DNA of 45,994 nucleotides from a virus: IMG/VR virus record IMGVR_UViG_3300035698_022074, positions 64,001 to 109,994 of that record; one strand, 5' to 3'. Shown piece by piece: positions 43,368 to 45,994 of this stretch (position 1 is its first letter; each line of letters starts with the position of its first letter). The notes under the pieces were generated by a model. It saw only the letters and a program-made list of their open reading frames with translations, ran no database searches and was not told where the DNA came from. The position numbers and the translations under genes were made by a program.

Positions 43368-45994
43368 ATGTCTGAACTCACTTATAGAAGTGCGGGCGTT
43401 AGCGCAAGAGAAATAGGCTTATCCGGTCCTTCAAATGTTGAGCCTGTGGGTGTTCCTGCAGGTGTCATCGGGACATCAGTGAAGGGTCCTGCTTTCGTGC
43501 CTATTGTTTTTGCAAGATTTAGCGACTTCAAAGCTGTCTTTGGAGATACCGACGGAGAGAAGTTCGGACCGCTCGCTGTCAATGAGTGGCTTCAGAACTC
43601 TCAAGCTGCTACATATCTAAAAGTCCTCGGCGTCGGTGATGGTAAAAAGAGAACTTCTACTGGTGACAATGCCGGTAAGGTTACTCGTGCGGGCTTCGTC
43701 GTAGGTGACGAACAGCCTCAGCCATCAGGTCTGCTAGGCGCGAACAGATTCGCCGTATCTGATGGTGTTCCGGGTCGAGCACACTTTTTGGGTTGCTACA
43801 TGTCAGAATCTGCAGGAAGCACAGTCTTCAGTGCTGCTGGTATTCAAGATAGCTCAAAGGCTCATCCTATTGTTCGAGGCGTCATCTTCGCAGCTTCTGG
43901 TGTCGTTCCAACAATGTCGGGTTCTCTAACAGACAACAACACAGCACCTGATGGTTCTACACCTGCGACGTCCGCGGGGCCTGCTGGTGCAATCACTGGT
44001 ACTATTGATCTATCGAGTAGTAAGCAAGAGTTTGTTGTCATACTTAACGGACACAAGCCAACTAGCCAGTATCCTGGTGTTGTTACTGCATCTTTTGATG
44101 TTGACTCTAGCAATTACTTCCCTAATGTCTTAAACACAGATCCACTCCTTATAGAAGAGACTGGACACTACCTTTACACACACTATGATATTCACCCATC
44201 ATTCGCAGTTGTTACAGGCACTGGTATCATTGACGCTGCAGCAACATTCGGCGGTGCGTCTCTAGAGCCTGTTGGTTTCTTGACAACGACAACACTTACA
44301 AGAAACTCTGGTTCATCTGCGGTTCCAAACTTCGAGAGTTACGAAGATCGCTTTAGAGCTCCGGAATCCCCTTTCGTTGTTTCGCAGAACTTTGGTGGGT
44401 CTCCGAAGAACCTCTTCAAGATTCACTCACTAGATGACGGCGAGTATGCAAACGGCAAGTTCAAGATTTCTATCAGAAACATTGCGCCATCTACATCAGA
44501 ACGTGATCAGTACGGAACATTTGATCTAGTTGTTAGACGTTGGTCTGATACAGATGAAGATCAATTTGTCCTTGAAAGCTTCTTTAAACTTAGCTTGGAT
44601 CCATCTAACGATAGATACATTGCAAAGGTAATCGGCGATCAGCACTTCTACTTTGACTTCGACAAGAGCGAAGACGGACAAAAGCTGGTTCTTGATGGCA
44701 GTTTCCCTAACGTATCAAAGTACATTAGGGTCGAGATGGCACCATCAGTTAACAATGCTGAAGTCCCTGATGTTTCGCTTCCTGTAGGATTTAGAGGACC
44801 TAAGCACCTTGTAACGTCAGGTAGTAGTATTTTAAACCCAGGCACTGAAGATGCGGGAGTACACGTTACGGGTCAGGGCACTTCGATTGAAAGAGCTGTA
44901 GAGCTTCCAGTTCCATTCAGAGACAACGTTGCTGTTGGGACAGGTCCGAAGAAATCAGTCAACGCTAACCTGCATTGGGGAGTTCAGTTTGAGAAGAAGA
45001 CTGACCTTGCAGAAACTAACAAGACACTCGTCTCAGATAAGAGCCTTGACAGTTACACACAGTACTACCCACACTACCACACAGTATGGCAGAAGTCTTG
45101 GGTTGGTGACAACGAGGGTACAGCAGATTCTGACGGCACGGTATACGATGCAGACAGATTTAACAATAACTTGTTCTCACTAGAAAGAGTTCAGGTAGTT
45201 ACAGGTGCCAACGGCTTAGCAGATCCTAAGCTATGGGCATCAGCTTCATACTCAAGGACTGGTGGTATTGTTGCAAATGAAACTAACAAGACACGTGGTT
45301 TCAATATTGAGACAGACCTTGCTGACCTAACTGCTAGACGTTATGCTAAGTTTACCTTCTTTACACAGGGTGGATTCGACGGAGTTAGGATCTTCAATGA
45401 GAAGGCTGCAAAACTTACCAATGACGCCATTGTAGAAGAGATGTCAGACGCTTCTAGAGGACAAGATGAAGCAGCTACAGTTAGCGCTTATACAAAGGCT
45501 CTGGATGTTATTGGTGAGAAATCAGAAGTTGATATTAAGCTGCTTGCTATTCCCGGTATTAGACACTCAATCGTCACAGATCAAGCCATTATTACGACAG
45601 AAGACCGATTCGACGCAATGTTCATCATGGACGTCGAAGAACGTGATACTCTAAATACTGTCGTGACAGGATCAGAACAAGAAGTCTCTGTTGCAAACAC
45701 TGTGGCATCATTTAGTAACAGAAATCTTGATACTTCTTTCGCTGCAGCTTACTTCCCTGATCAGATTGTGGAAGATCCAACAACATTTACAAATGTTAAG
45801 GTTCCTCCTTCTGTTGTAGTACTAGGTGCTTTTGCACTTAACGACTCTCTTGGTCACCCATGGACAGCTCCAGCAGGTTTCGCAAGAGGTGCACTAAACT
45901 CTTCAGTAGAATCATCGGTCAACCTTAACCGCTCAAACCTTGATGAACTTTACGACGTGGACATTAACCCAATTACTAAGTTCCCAGGATCATC
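43368..45994 (+). CDS. Tail sheath protein paralog (copy 2), 3' end truncated by the window
   Basis: The N-terminus MSELTYRSAGVSAREIGLSGPS...PAGVIGTSVKGPAFVP parallels copy 1. The internal KFKISIRNI...YGTFDLVVRRW...RYIAKVIGD parallels copy 1 KYKIAITDL...YGTFSVSVRKW...NYIARAIGD. The end HPWTAPAGFARGAL...DVDINPITKFPG is the conserved sheath C-terminal domain. The frame is open to nt 45994. Confidence 0.9.
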   Translation, partial: MSELTYRSAGVSAREIGLSGPSNVEPVGVPAGVIGTSVKGPAFVPIVFARFSDFKAVFGDTDGEKFGPLAVNEWLQNSQAATYLKVLGVGDGKKRTSTGDNAGKVTRAGFVVGDEQPQPSGLLGANRFAVSDGVPGRAHFLGCYMSESAGSTVFSAAGIQDSSKAHPIVRGVIFAASGVVPTMSGSLTDNNTAPDGSTPATSAGPAGAITGTIDLSSSKQEFVVILNGHKPTSQYPGVVTASFDVDSSNYFPNVLNTDPLLIEETGHYLYTHYDIHPSFAVVTGTGIIDAAATFGGASLEPVGFLTTTTLTRNSGSSAVPNFESYEDRFRAPESPFVVSQNFGGSPKNLFKIHSLDDGEYANGKFKISIRNIAPSTSERDQYGTFDLVVRRWSDTDEDQFVLESFFKLSLDPSNDRYIAKVIGDQHFYFDFDKSEDGQKLVLDGSFPNVSKYIRVEMAPSVNNAEVPDVSLPVGFRGPKHLVTSGSSILNPGTEDAGVHVTGQGTSIERAVELPVPFRDNVAVGTGPKKSVNANLHWGVQFEKKTDLAETNKTLVSDKSLDSYTQYYPHYHTVWQKSWVGDNEGTADSDGTVYDADRFNNNLFSLERVQVVTGANGLADPKLWASASYSRTGGIVANETNKTRGFNIETDLADLTARRYAKFTFFTQGGFDGVRIFNEKAAKLTNDAIVEEMSDASRGQDEAATVSAYTKALDVIGEKSEVDIKLLAIPGIRHSIVTDQAIITTEDRFDAMFIMDVEERDTLNTVVTGSEQEVSVANTVASFSNRNLDTSFAAAYFPDQIVEDPTTFTNVKVPPSVVVLGAFALNDSLGHPWTAPAGFARGALNSSVESSVNLNRSNLDELYDVDINPITKFPGS

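Noticed and set aside
1-45994. CRISPR arrays, rRNA genes, integrase or transposase genes
   Set aside because: I saw no regularly spaced direct repeats, no rRNA-like conserved stretches, and no recombinase motifs. Every ORF is accounted for by phage structural, replication or accessory functions.

Overview
This window appears to be a late-gene and DNA-metabolism region of a T4-like (gp23/gp20/gp17-type) myovirus, probably a marine relative given its ribosomal protein bS21 gene. Every gene I can support is on the + strand, tightly packed, with many overlapping stop/start junctions (ATGA or TAATG) and some TTG/GTG starts. The layout has four parts. (1) About 15 kb of very large virion proteins (302 to 1310 aa) with FN3/Ig-like motifs, probably baseplate or fibre components I cannot name individually. 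(2) A replication/recombination block: a RuvC-family resolvase, a gp61-like primase, and a single-chain Mre11(SbcD)-Rad50(SbcC) fusion. (3) A head module: gp17-like large terminase, a ZBD-less primase TOPRIM paralog, a gp20 portal interrupted by an intein-like Hint domain carrying an HNH endonuclease, a gp21-like prohead protease, core proteins, a bS21 homolog, a hyper-acidic scaffold, and a gp23-like major capsid protein followed by a clear rho-independent terminator. (4) A likely mobile cassette encoding a Zn-finger/NUMOD3-like/Vsr-like nuclease fused to an amino-methyltransferase, then gp13-like, gp14-like and gp15-like neck/tail-terminator genes with a Tpt1/KptA-like NAD-binding-fold gene wedged between gp13 and gp14, and finally two tandem giant tail-sheath paralogs (the second truncated by the window end). 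I found no tRNA, rRNA or CRISPR array. All functional calls come from motif-level recognition by eye against remembered T4 and E. coli sequences. None has been checked by database search.
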